DNA of 64,000 nucleotides from Macrostomum lignano (Eukaryota): NCBI GenBank assembly GCA_002269645.1, contig NIVC01003967.1, positions 3,331 to 67,330 of the forward strand, read 5' to 3'. Shown piece by piece: positions 13,649 to 24,654 of this stretch (position 1 is its first letter; each line of letters starts with the position of its first letter). The notes under the pieces were generated by a model. It saw only the letters and a program-made list of their open reading frames with translations, ran no database searches and was not told where the DNA came from. The position numbers and the translations under genes were made by a program.

Positions 13649-14044
13649 ACACACGTTACACATATGCAAAATCTGAATGAATTGCAGGTAGGAGACCCAG
13701 TTGAATACCGAGGTGAGGGGCTTTTTGATGTGGTTGGAACAGCAGCAAATTTTGTTAAAGACAATATGGGGCTTATAGGGCAAGCTGGCTCCGCAGCAGG
13801 TTCTATAACAAATGCTGTAAAAGGAGGAATTGAAGCAGCTAGAGCGGCAGAAGAACTAAAGAAATTGAGAGATTTTAACGACACCCTCTCACAAATAAAT
13901 GCAATAAAAGATTTAAAGCTGGCACAAGCCGCACAACCAACAGAAACCCCCACGAAAAGCGCGCCAATAAGTAATAAAGATATTCAGGATTTTAATAAAA
14001 TGTTAACCACAATTAAAGGCGGAAAAGGATTAAAGAAATTTTAA
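13649..14044 (+). CDS. Polinton small putative core/virion protein (131 aa from the A-rich ATG at 13649; the ORF track starts at 13604)
   Basis: Amphipathic Gly/Ala-rich segment; GEGLF and GGKGLK motifs resembling maturation-protease sites. Confidence 0.7.
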   Translation, partial: THVTHMQNLNELQVGDPVEYRGEGLFDVVGTAANFVKDNMGLIGQAGSAAGSITNAVKGGIEAARAAEELKKLRDFNDTLSQINAIKDLKLAQAAQPTETPTKSAPISNKDIQDFNKMLTTIKGGKGLKKF

Positions 14045-14054
14045 CAATATAAAA

Positions 14055-15041
14055 ATGGACACAGATAACGACCGCTTATATTTTATAGGAGAAATTGTAG
14101 ATACTTTAGATCTAGATGATAATAAACATAGCCACACAATGTTAAAAAGATTGGATCGTTTAGGTAAAAAACTTGACTACGATATCGATACATTTAAACT
14201 TGCTGCAAAATATGCACAAGAAGGAAGGCCAATATCCTTTAAGAATCATGGTAGAAATTATAGGTTGACAGACTCCGATGTAAAATTTTTATTGGAGACT
14301 CACACTAAAAAGGACGGCGGATTACTACCCATTCTACCGCTTCTTTTAGGACTTGGCGCAGCTGGAGCAGTCGGTTTAGCCGGAAAAAGAATTCATGATA
14401 ATGTAAAACAGCTAGGAGAGTTAAGAGCGAAACAGGGGGGAATCTTGCCCCTTGCAGCTTTATTACCAATAATTTTTGCAGGAATAGGAGCAGCTGGTGG
14501 AATAGCAGGGGGCGCAGCTGGAATCACAAAAGCAGTAAATGATAAAAAAGCTGCGGATGAAAAAGCTAAACGAGATGCAGAATTTCAAAGACAGCAAATA
14601 ACACAGGACGCACAATTCAAACAGAAACTTATTGATACCATTAATAGTAGTTCAGCAACAGCAGAGCAAAAAAGAAATGCAGAAGCTAGGTTAGCAGCCG
14701 GAAAAGGTTTACTCTTGCAAGGAACAAATCACGGGAATGGTTTGGTACTAAAAGGAACAACCCAAGGAAGTGGAGTTGTCGCAGATAAACTACATGAATT
14801 TGGCCAAACTTTAGAAAAAACGGGTGAGAAAGCTAAAGGATTTTTTGACAATATTGGATCCAATTTTAGACCAGCTGTTCAGAAAATTTTTAATAAATTA
14901 GGAAAAGATTTTAACATCATTGAAAAACACGACGGAAGCGGATTATATCTCGAAATGAGACCAAAAGCAGGTTCAGGAATTTTCTTAAATTCAAATGTTA
15001 TGGGAAATGGATTGCTATTACCAAAAGCAGATCTCGAATAG
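14055..15041 (+). CDS. Polinton core protein with two adenovirus pX(mu precursor)-like hydrophobic motifs, 328 aa
   Basis: GGLLPILPLLLGLGAAG and GGILPLAALLPIIFAGIGAAGGIAGG resemble adenovirus pX GGILPLLIPLIAAAIGAVPGIA; six G-x-G-[LVI] motifs in the C-terminal half. Confidence 0.8.
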   Translation: MDTDNDRLYFIGEIVDTLDLDDNKHSHTMLKRLDRLGKKLDYDIDTFKLAAKYAQEGRPISFKNHGRNYRLTDSDVKFLLETHTKKDGGLLPILPLLLGLGAAGAVGLAGKRIHDNVKQLGELRAKQGGILPLAALLPIIFAGIGAAGGIAGGAAGITKAVNDKKAADEKAKRDAEFQRQQITQDAQFKQKLIDTINSSSATAEQKRNAEARLAAGKGLLLQGTNHGNGLVLKGTTQGSGVVADKLHEFGQTLEKTGEKAKGFFDNIGSNFRPAVQKIFNKLGKDFNIIEKHDGSGLYLEMRPKAGSGIFLNSNVMGNGLLLPKADLE

Positions 15042-15125
15042 GCTCCTGGGGGGAGGGTCTGGACACCAAAAACACAAAATTAAAAAATCAATAATTCAAA
15101 CATTATATAAATTTTATTCTATAAA

Positions 15126-18100
15126 ATGGAAGCAATTTTAGCTCAAATCGACAACCCTGAACTTAGAGCACAATTAATAGCTCAAATCGATGCACAACGA
15201 ATTGCCGATAGGGCTGAAATAGAAGCAAGAATTAGGGCAGAAAATGAGATACGTTTAGAAAGACAATTAAATGATATTGATAACCCCCAACCACAAGGAC
15301 AAAATGGAGCTGAAGTAATATATATAGATATAGATATAAATACAAATTATAAAGAATATTTTAAACAAATGAAAGATAAAATAAAGACCATATTAGATAA
15401 CTATACTATAAGACCAAATAACAAACGACAGCCAATTAAGTATAAAATAGAAGTTGAAACAGAATTTAAAAAACCAAATATACTTAATGCAAATTCAGAA
15501 ATTGAAGTAATAAATAACTTTTCACAAGAATCATATAAGACATTACTATCAATGGGAATTACAACAATCAATTCGATCAAATAGAAGCTGAGTTTGATGA
15601 ATGGATAGATAAGATGACAGAAAACGGATCTGGGTTTATATTTGTTTCATGTAATTCAGCAACAGTAAAGATTGTTCCTATTGAAATTCTTAAAGGGCGA
15701 TCACACATGACACCATTATTTAAATCACATATGATTATAAATCCAGACAATAAAGATAATAAATGTTTATTATGGTGTTTATTAATTCATAAATATCACA
15801 AACAAGTAGAATCCCACACTAATAAAATATATAATTATAAACAATATGAGGATGAAATAATAATAAAAAACATCACATACCCAGTAGCAATAGATGATAT
15901 ATATAAGATTGAAAAAATGAATGGTTTAAATATTAATGTGTTTACAATTGAAGAACCAGGAGATCTAGAAGTAATTCTAGCCGATCCAGAATGGTATAAG
16001 AAAAGGTGTTATCTTGTTAAGCCAGCAACTGATATAACAGCACCAGATCAAATCGACCTTTTGTACATACAGCGTGAAAATGAAACACATTATATATACA
16101 TAAAGGACATTAGTTCCTTTTTAAGAGAAAATAGAAATAGATATCCACTATGTAGAAATTGTTTCACATTTAAAAAGGATGAAAAAGCTCTTAAAAATCA
16201 TCAACGATTTTGTTTAGATCATAAATTTACTAATGTTGTAATGCCAGCATCTGAAGATGCAACCCTAAAGTTCCAACAACATTATATGGCAATTAAAAAA
16301 CCAATAGTAATATATGCTGATTTTGAAGCAACAAATGTTCCCTTAAAAGAATCACAGACAGTATCTGATGATGATCATGCAAAGCATGCGACCCTACGGG
16401 ACGGTGAATGCACAAAAAAATTGGCACAACAGTTTCCGAATAGTTATTGTATATATGTACACTCCGTAGCTGATCATATATTTAAATCAAGGATGATTAC
16501 TTACCACGGTAATGATGCAGCTAAGCACATGGCAGAATCATTAGTAAATGTATTTGAATATATTCAAAATCAATATGATAAATTATCAAAAAATATTATT
16601 ATGACAGATAAGGATAGAGACAATTATAAAAATGCAACAAATTGTTTTATGTGCAAAAGAGATTTAAGTGGGAAAAATAAGATACGAGAACATTGTCATC
16701 TAACGGGAATTTATCGAGGGGCAGCATGTAGATCATGTAACGCAAAAGAAGGAAAAGGATGTAAGGAAATACCAGTATTTTTTCATAATGGTTCCGGATA
16801 TGATTTTCATTTCCTAGTTCGAGAATTGCTTCATTTAGGTAGGGATGAATATGAATTAAATATATTACCTAAAACATCAGAAAATTACATATCAATAACA
16901 TATGGTAAGAAATACTCCCATCTAGTTTTTCTAGATTCCTTGAGATTCTTATCAACATCTTTAGCAAATGTTGTTTCATCATTAGTTCCAAAACCATGGG
17001 ATTTAGAAATAGTAAAGAAAAACTTTCCAATACTATTGAATCGTTTCAAAAAAGAAAAACTATCCGAGGAAGAACTAATGCTATTAACTCGTAAGGGCAT
17101 CTATCCATATGAATATGTAACATCTGAAGACGTATTTTTTCATACCGAATTACCGCCCATAGAAAAGTTTTATTCCACATTATCACAATCAAATATAAGT
17201 GAATCGGATTATGAACACGCTCAAAAAGTATGGAAATACTTTAATTGTAAAACATTTAAAGATTATCATAATCTATATCTTAAAGCAGATGTTCTCCTAT
17301 TAGCTGATGCATTTGAAAACTTTAGGAATCATACATATGAGAATTTTAAAATTGATCCCGCATATTGTTTCAGTGCACCGGGATTAACATGGGCTTGTGG
17401 TTTGAAACATACAGATGTTAAGATTGATTTACTAACTGATCATGATATGTTGTTAATGATTGAGAGAGGAATTCGCGGCGGATTCTCGGGTGTACTAGGA
17501 GATAGATATACTAAAGTAAATAATAAATATCTACCAAATTATAATAAAAAAGAAAAATCATCATATGTATTATATCTAGATGCAAACAATTTATACGGGG
17601 GTTGTATGAAACAAAAATTACCAATAGCTGATTTCCAATGGGAAGATGACCCCGATTATTACAAAAATATTCCCGAAGGAAGGGGCTGTATCGTAGAAGT
17701 GGATTTGCAATATACTCGGGAAGCAAAAGCAAAAACATATAAATATCCTTTAGCTCCAGAGCATTGTTCAGTTAATGAAGATGATTTATCACAAACACAA
17801 AAAGATTATCTTAAAGCAGATAGTGCAAAACATCTAGCAACAAAAAAATTAATATTAAATTTACATGATAAGAAAAACTATGTAGTGCATTATAAGCTTC
17901 TACAATTTTATGAAAACAGGGATTAAAAGTGTCTAAAGTACATCGAACAATATCGTTTATTGAGGAAGATTGGTTAGCTAAATATATTGACTTTAATTCA
18001 AATCAGAGACAGATGTCAAAAACAAATTTTGAGAAAGATTATTGGAAATTAATGAATAATGCTTTTTATGGAAAAACGGTTGAAAATATTAGAGATAGAA

Positions 18101-19106
18101 CCCAATTCCATTTAGAAAAGGATATTGATAAAGCAAAGAAATATTTCTCAAAACCTAACTTTAAAGACTTTATAAAATTTGATGATAACTTTATGGGTAT
18201 TCATATGAGAAATAAAACAACAAAATTTCTTAAACCAATATTTATTGGAATGGTTGTTTTAGATTATGCAAAGCTGGTAATGTATGAATACTATTATGAT
18301 GTTATAAAAAAAACATGGCCAGATAACTATCCAATATATGCAGACACCGACAGTTTGGTATTTAAGGTTGAAACAGATGATCGGGCAAAGCCACGAACCA
18401 AAGGTTCGATGTCTATAAAGATATGGAAAAAATTAAGGATACATTGGATACCTCCGACTATCCGGATAACCATCCTTTAAAATCAGATCAAAATAAAAAA
18501 GTTGTACTTAAAATGAAAGATGAATTAAATAGCAAAATCATAACCGAGTTTATAGCAATAAGATCAAAATGCTATGCATTTAAAGTTTTAGGACAGGAGG
18601 GAGAGGTAAAAAAAATAAAAGGGGTATCAAGAGCAGCAGTAAAAAAGATAACATTTGATGATTATAAAAACGTACTTTTAGATTACCTTAATACAATTGA
18701 AAATTATCATGCTCCACAATATCGATTAAATTCAGATAAGCATCAGATGTTTGTCATCGAGACAGATAAAAAAACATTAAGTCCATTTGATGATAAAAGG
18801 TATTTAGATGATAAAATTAAAACATATCCATATGGTTTAAAAGAAGAGATAAAAAATATGATAAAAGATAAAAAACAAAAAGAAGATATAATAAGCAAAT
18901 ATAATGAATACAAAGCGGCAATAAATAATTATTATTACGATTGTGATTGTGAATCCGAATGTGATTGTGAATATAATACATTTCTAGAATATGAAAAAGA
19001 TATAGATAATTATTATTCAACATTTCCAAAAGAACTTAAAAAATTAAATAAGGAAAAAGTCTTGAATAACTGGAAGAGATTAACAGAAAAATTACTTATC
19101 GGATAA
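15126..19106 (+). CDS. Protein-primed family B DNA polymerase (pPolB), split by three frameshifts into 15126-15584, 15614-17926, 17929-18480 and 18423-19106
   Basis: TENGSGF; NKCLLWC and THY (putative vOTU Cys/His); C2H2-like CRNC..HQRFC; Exo I YADFE; endonuclease VII-like insertion CFMC..EHCHLTGIYRGAACRSCN; motif A YLDANNLYG, motif B KLMNNAFYGK, motif C YADTDS. Confidence 0.96.
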
Positions 19107-19472
19107 AATCCGCGACCCTTCGGGGCGGAAAAAAACTAAAGCATGTAATTGTTTAAGCATAATATCCATTTCGATTTCATATAATATTGAAGGCCAATTT
19201 TCCTCGCAGTCGTCAGGGTAACTTAAACAATCCTTTATTTTTTTCCTAAGTTTTTTTATTTTTCTAACCAACCTATCTATTTCGATTTCAATTACTGTTT
19301 CAGCATAAGCAATTGCAGATTTAATAAAACGTTTTCTTTTATCCATTTCATATCGGATGGGAAACATATCGTCCCCATACTCATGATATTTCTGAGATAT
19401 AATTATATTTATTTTTTTATTAATATCATTAAGTTCACGCTCTTTAGTGATAAGGATTTTTATCGTATCCAT
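19092..19472 (-). CDS. Polinton hypothetical coiled-coil protein, 126 aa
   Basis: ORF with A-rich start context, tightly packed 15 nt after the upstream ORF. Confidence 0.65.
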   Translation of the reverse strand: MDTIKILITKERELNDINKKINIIISQKYHEYGDDMFPIRYEMDKRKRFIKSAIAYAETVIEIEIDRLVRKIKKLRKKIKDCLSYPDDCEENWPSILYEIEMDIMLKQLHALVFFRPEGSRILSDK

Positions 19473-19487
19473 TTTCTTATAAAAAAT

Positions 19488-19820
19488 TTAGTCTTCGTCG
19501 TCATCCTCCCAAACAGCCGCCAATTTTACAGTCCTGTCACTCTTTTTATTTTTTGGTTGTTTTAGTTTAAATTGCAACCCACCCTCGTTGCCGTATTTCA
19601 TAACAAACGCTTTTGGTTTATTAATAACTAAAACAGGAAAATTTTTAACATCATCTCCGCTTAGACATAAAATTTTTTGCCCATCTAATTGTAAAAATAT
19701 TGATTGAAGCCCAATAAATTTAACCTGTCTCAAACATATAATATTATATTCTTTATTCTCCAACATATTGGGTGTGAGATAATTAATCACATTAGAATCG
19801 GTTTTGAACCAGCTCTCCAT
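19488..19820 (-). CDS. Polinton small beta-rich protein with acidic tail (110 aa from MESWFK); possible ssDNA-binding protein
   Basis: TTAAAAATG start at 19820; C-terminus WEDDDED; the SSB call is inference only. Confidence 0.6.
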   Translation of the reverse strand: MESWFKTDSNVINYLTPNMLENKEYNIICLRQVKFIGLQSIFLQLDGQKILCLSGDDVKNFPVLVINKPKAFVMKYGNEGGLQFKLKQPKNKKSDRTVKLAAVWEDDDED

Positions 19821-19847
19821 TTTTAATCTAAAAAAATAATAAAAAAA

Positions 19848-20360
19848 ATGAAAGACATTTACGAATGTAATAAATGTAATGTGACTATGCACAGAGGGCA
19901 AACAGCAAACGGAGATATATATCATATGTGTTATTCATGTTCTAAAATATATCAATTTGAAAAAACAAAAAAGATTGAAAACTCATATTACTATTTTAAA
20001 AATACAATTTTAAGAAATCTTACAAGAGACATTTCTGATCCAATTTTAATTCCCGGAAATAATGTTTATTTATATAATAACTTTTTCCATTTAAATAAAG
20101 GAAAGGGATTAAGTTCGAAAGACTCCGAAAGGATTTTAATTTTAGTTGGATATTATTTCAATTTTCTTATTCGAGAGAATACAAAGTTTATAAGGATAGG
20201 TAACATACCTAACGAAATGTTACTGAAAAAGTCATTGGAATTTTTATGTATTGATAAAAAATTTAAACCTAGGATCAGAAGAGAGTTACCACTTTGGGAA
20301 GAATATATAACATATGCATTAAATAAATTAAACAACATTAAGTTCTACAGCACTTCCTGA
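19848..20360 (+). CDS. Polinton hypothetical protein with N-terminal zinc ribbon, 170 aa
   Basis: CNKC...CYSC pair; A-rich start; divergent from the 19820 ORF. Confidence 0.7.
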   Translation: MKDIYECNKCNVTMHRGQTANGDIYHMCYSCSKIYQFEKTKKIENSYYYFKNTILRNLTRDISDPILIPGNNVYLYNNFFHLNKGKGLSSKDSERILILVGYYFNFLIRENTKFIRIGNIPNEMLLKKSLEFLCIDKKFKPRIRRELPLWEEYITYALNKLNNIKFYSTS

Positions 20361-20984
20361 CCGCGGGCTTTGTGCCCCAGTAGCAATAGTTTCGGGTTCG
20401 TAAATACCTAATGTTTCTATAGGTGGAGCTTTGGGTTTATCGAGTCTCAACTCTTTTAATTCCATATCGGTAAAAGTTTCAACATCTAAAATTCTATTTC
20501 TATCTTTTAAATATTTTTCATATAATTCAACCGCGGTTGATAATTCATGAATCGTTATCTCTCCATCATCCAATATTTTTTGCACATATAAATATAACTG
20601 ATTTTTATATTGTTTTGCAACATCTCTTAAAGATTTATATTTTTCCTTTCTTTTTTTAAGATATAATTTAATTGCTAAAAGTATTGATAAGTTCCTGATC
20701 AATTCAAAACCTGATATTGACCCAATTGAAATACCTAAAAATAATTGAGATAAATTAAGAGTTGGAATAGATTGTAAAATACCTAAAACGATTACACATA
20801 ACATTGATAAGCTTCCAAATCCAATATTGAAAAAATCCATATTTCTTATATGGTTTGAAACTCTTCTTACTTTTTTAGTATATAAATCATAATCATAGTT
20901 AATACGATCAACATTACTTAACATCTGACCTTTACGTTGGTTGAACCGGTCGCGTTCCCATTTATCTGCTTCAGATACCGACAT
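20328..20984 (-). CDS. Polinton two-transmembrane protein with C-terminal helical domain, 218 aa
   Basis: Two hydrophobic segments (IGFGSLSMLCVIVLGILQSI; LFLGISIGSISGFELIRNLSILLAIKLYL) followed by basic KKRKEKY and ILDDGEITIHE. Confidence 0.75.
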   Translation of the reverse strand: MSVSEADKWERDRFNQRKGQMLSNVDRINYDYDLYTKKVRRVSNHIRNMDFFNIGFGSLSMLCVIVLGILQSIPTLNLSQLFLGISIGSISGFELIRNLSILLAIKLYLKKRKEKYKSLRDVAKQYKNQLYLYVQKILDDGEITIHELSTAVELYEKYLKDRNRILDVETFTDMELKELRLDKPKAPPIETLGIYEPETIATGAQSPRSGSAVELNVV

Positions 20985-21297
20985 TCTCGTCTATTTTTAA
21001 TAGCACCAAAATGAATTCCCCACGCTCTTTGGGTATTTGCCCGGAGCTTAATAGGTATTGTATTGGAGTGATTCTTTCTTTTTTCTCCCATTTAAATCCT
21101 ATTTTCCAAAACTCTTGAAGTATAATATGATTTTTTAATAACTTAATTAATTCTTGAAGCTTCTTATTATCCTGAACATTTACAGTACTAAATAAAAATT
21201 TGGTATGAGATTTGAATGTTTTTATATTTGATTCTTGTTTAGGAATAGGAATAATAACATTATTTTGCCGCATCGATGGAGTTCTACTAAAAGCCAT
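20971..21297 (-). CDS. Polinton hypothetical protein (108 aa from MAFSRT; the ORF track extends it upstream)
   Basis: TATAAAATG start 16 nt downstream of the fibre stop; overlaps the next ORF by 14 nt. Confidence 0.55.
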   Translation of the reverse strand: MAFSRTPSMRQNNVIIPIPKQESNIKTFKSHTKFLFSTVNVQDNKKLQELIKLLKNHIILQEFWKIGFKWEKKERITPIQYLLSSGQIPKERGEFILVLLKIDENVGI

Positions 21298-21313
21298 TTT
21301 ATATAGAAATATT

Positions 21314-23183
21314 TTATATTTGAGTAGGAGGTTTTTCCAAATAAGCAGTAGAGGGAAAAACATAACCAAACGACGTACTACCACATACAACTGCACCACG
21401 AATAAAATGTGCAGCATCCGATCCTCCAGTTCGAGCACCAAAACCCATAAGGGTTCCAGTCTTATCCAACGTTCCCCAAGTGCCACTATCATATGTGAAA
21501 ACGTTCTGCCCAATGAGGGTATAAGAATCGGCCGAAACATTGTATGAATTTAATTGATACCAAACCCTTTGATTTAAAATATTAATTTCAAATAAATGCC
21601 AATCGCCGTTATCAATATTTGCATAATCTACCGTTTGATCTGCGTCAGTATTAACATCCGCGCGGCTTGATCCGTCTGATTTTTTATTACTCCATACAAC
21701 GCCAAATTTATCATGCCACTCACTTGCAAAAACTATCAATCCGGCGTCGGTTGTTAATCCAGTCCCACCTTCACTTGTTGGGCGTTCGTGACAATATGCA
21801 TAAAACCAAACCGCATCTGCACCATCTCCTGTAGAATTAGCGACTCGGAAATAGAAAGACGCAGATATATTTTGAAAATGTGTGAAATTGAATTGTAATG
21901 CCCCACTTACTCCACCAGTTTCACGAGTAATTCTAGCTCCATTTTGATAATCGATATAAGAAGCGTCGCCAATTAAAGAACCAACTGGATATATATCTCC
22001 AGCGGTTGTTGGATTTTGATATCCAGTCCAATTACAAATTACTGGCTCGAATAATGCGGCATCAATCGCGGGAATATTATCCAATTTATTTTTATCACCG
22101 GCAGACATTCTACCATTTGAAGTTGGAGTTGCTACCTGATCTACGTACGCTCGCGGGTAGCAGATAGTATTTCATTTGGCCAATTAAGATCTTGAATTTC
22201 AACTCGGTGTTCAAATAATTGTATTAGACGAACCTCGATAGGTTGTGTAGCGGTGCCACCAGTTGGGAATAAAACGCTATAATATTTCCAAAAATTAACC
22301 GTTAAATTAGTTAACGCAAATGAAGTTGCTTGAATTGGTGATCCCGACGTTCGTAATACCGTCCATGCATCGGTAGCAACATTTTTTGCACGAACCGACC
22401 ATCCCGATGGAATATCAATAGTTGCGCTGCCTGTAATTCTTAATTCATTTATTCTTCGATTATAACCTAAAAATTCAAATTGAATTTCCATATTGGTTGT
22501 GGTTCCGGTATTTGGTGACCATTGTGTCGCAAGGCTTCCATCTCCAACTCGAAAAGCATCGTTGGTATTTTCGGATGCTGTAAGAACAACATCTGGATTT
22601 GAAGTATTTGATGTAAGCGGCGTGGCAAAAATATCGGCGTCGGTTACATTAGCTCGAGCGTTGACCTGCCCTAAATTGACCGAGTCTGTGGCCTCTGTTC
22701 CAAATAATAAATTTGTTAATTTAAAATTATTCATATTGATATTGCCGTTACGACTACCAACCTGATTATCGACATAGTTCTTATCAACTACCGAGTTATT
22801 CGTTGTAATTGCAACATTTATAATTCGATTGTTATCCATATCTAAAGTTCCGGTTGCGGTGGCTTGAACATAACGCGAATCAGAATCAGTTCGAGAATAA
22901 GAATCAGTTATATCTCTTTTTAAATTTAACCCAGTGTCAACCTCTGATTTTGTATATGAATCGCTAATATCTCTTTTAAGATTTAATGAAGTATCGATTT
23001 CAGTTTTGGTATAGGAATCTGCAACATTCCGTTTCAAATTTAGTTTAGTATCAACTTCACTTTTTTATAACCTTCATCTTCATTAATATATCGATTATCT
23101 CCGAAGGTAACACTTATTCCACCAGACGTACCACCACCAGTACTTGTTGTTCCGTTCCATGAGGGTGTTCCAGAAAATATCAT
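21314..23183 (-). CDS. Fibre/receptor-binding-like protein (~620 aa) with stalk repeats, discoidin (F5/8C)-like and L-type lectin-like domains; two frameshifts
   Basis: ATG 23183; 19-aa repeats SYTKxEvDTxLNLKRDixD; DMDNNRIINV/NMNNFKLTNL, KNYVD and TDSVNLGQ stalk/neck motifs; DGSLATQW..WKYY domain; ATPTSNGRMSAGDKNKLD; GDGADAVWFY..IDNGDWH domain; breaks at the T6 run 23061-23066 and at ~22150. Confidence 0.8.
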
Positions 23184-23194
23184 TTTTTTACTGT

Positions 23195-23635
23195 CTATTT
23201 TATAGAGTCTAAAATAGTCTTAAATACTTTGTGGTTTACACGAGCTTCATTCGAAAGTCGATATAAAAAATATAACGCTGCTTGTCCGCAATAACTTTTA
23301 TCAAAGGTTTGAAACTGTTCGTGATGATCTCCACATAAACGATTTTTAGTATGATTAAATTTATCTTTTATTTCCTGTAACGGAGGAAGCGCGTATGAAT
23401 CAAAAAAATAAACAAGTTTAGGTTTGGAATAAACTGCCGACCAATGAGCCCCGTTTTCTTTTGTAGTTTCGATGTTGACAATGTAAGATCCATATTGTGG
23501 TAAGTCTTTTATCTCATCCCGCATCACACATCTGAATGGTTTTATTTTTAACTGCCGCGCCCAATTTGTTAATTCGATATTGCTTGTTGTGTCTGTTCCA
23601 TATCTTTGTTTAAAATCATCCCACGTCATGGTCAT
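23195..23635 (-). CDS. Adenain-like cysteine (maturation) protease, 146 aa
   Basis: GAHWSAV (His), FFDSY (Asp), Q...CG (Gln/Cys) in adenovirus protease order. Confidence 0.92.
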   Translation of the reverse strand: MTMTWDDFKQRYGTDTTSNIELTNWARQLKIKPFRCVMRDEIKDLPQYGSYIVNIETTKENGAHWSAVYSKPKLVYFFDSYALPPLQEIKDKFNHTKNRLCGDHHEQFQTFDKSYCGQAALYFLYRLSNEARVNHKVFKTILDSIK

Positions 23636-23636
23636 T

Positions 23637-23810
23637 TTATGTTCCTGAAAAACTCTTGGTTTTAGTTAGTTTTGTAGGTTTGGATTTTAACAGTTCCTTT
23701 CGGATTTTTTCTGCCTGTAATTGTTTCAATTTTGTTAGTTCGATTTCATAATTATCCTTTGCATTTTGAACTTTATCTGATTGTTTTTTTAAAGCATTGT
23801 TGTTACCCAT
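23637..23810 (-). CDS. Small basic protein, 57 aa, starting MGNNNA (below the ORF-track threshold)
   Basis: GTAAAAATG start; MGNNNALKKQSDKVQNAKDNYEIELTKLKQLQAEKIRKELLKSKPTKLTKTKSFSGT; stop 1 nt before the protease ATG. Confidence 0.55.
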   Translation of the reverse strand: MGNNNALKKQSDKVQNAKDNYEIELTKLKQLQAEKIRKELLKSKPTKLTKTKSFSGT

Positions 23811-23854
23811 TTTTACTATGGGAAACGGACGATGTCCTCGAACCTTTGGTTCGG

Positions 23855-24639
23855 CTAAACCTGTTTTATACGTAAAATTACTGTTATTGATTGCCCACCA
23901 AAACTTATTAATCTATCGGTTTCATCTACAATCCTAATATAAATTGATTGAACATTATATTGATTTAATGGGTAATATATTGGGGTTTGGGTGAAACAAT
24001 CATTTTCTCTCCAATTGGAACAGCAAGAAATGGGATGGAATAAATAATTCCACGTTGAACCAAAACTCCATTATTATCTGTTATATAACCGCCGTTTGAT
24101 ATGTCGGTTGTTATATTAATTGTATTAACACCACCCTCAATATTTCCAACTGTATCGCCGGTGCTTGATGTGGTAACTATTCGAGAATTAAATCCAAGTA
24201 TGGTTCTGAGTGAATTTGCAATTGTGAAATCAACCTGATATCCGGATTCGAGTGATAGTGTGAATCTGCCAGATGGTAAATCAACACCTATAACAATTGC
24301 GCCTGATACCCAATCGCCGTTAGATGTTAATTCTCCTTCTATATAAGCATTCAAATCGGTATAAGAATATGCTCCTGGGTTAACGCTAAATGTTGTCCAA
24401 TTGGCTCCGGAATCTTTAGAATATCTAAATTGATTATTTGTTGCATTAATTAATTGAGGCATGTTAAAAACCGAAAATAGTATCAAACCTATTTGATAAC
24501 TTAGGCTTTGATCAAGTTGTAACGGGTCGCGCAATTGAATACGTTGTTCACTGGTTGTCATTATAAACTGTAAGGTTGTACTAAATTTTGAATTAGTTCG
24601 ATCTACCAATTGTTTTATAGTATTTAAATTTGTAGTCAT
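23855..24639 (-). CDS. Minor capsid protein (penton, single jelly-roll); frameshift near 23975
   Basis: YQIGL..FNMPQLINATNNQFRY, PGAYSYTDL, SLRTILGF, IIYSIP..VPIGE. The alternative frame continues PLNQYNVQSIYIRIVDETDRLISFGGQSITVILRIKQV*, a typical penton C-terminus. Confidence 0.85.
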
Positions 24640-24654
24640 TTTTATAGTGGGAAA

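Noticed and set aside
22141-22143. Stop-codon readthrough joining the two fibre ORFs
   Set aside because: The downstream ORF is in a different frame (offset 35 nt)
23099-23108. CCGAAGG as another inserted mini-hairpin
   Set aside because: Reads as ordinary fibre codons (VTFGD) with no sign of insertion
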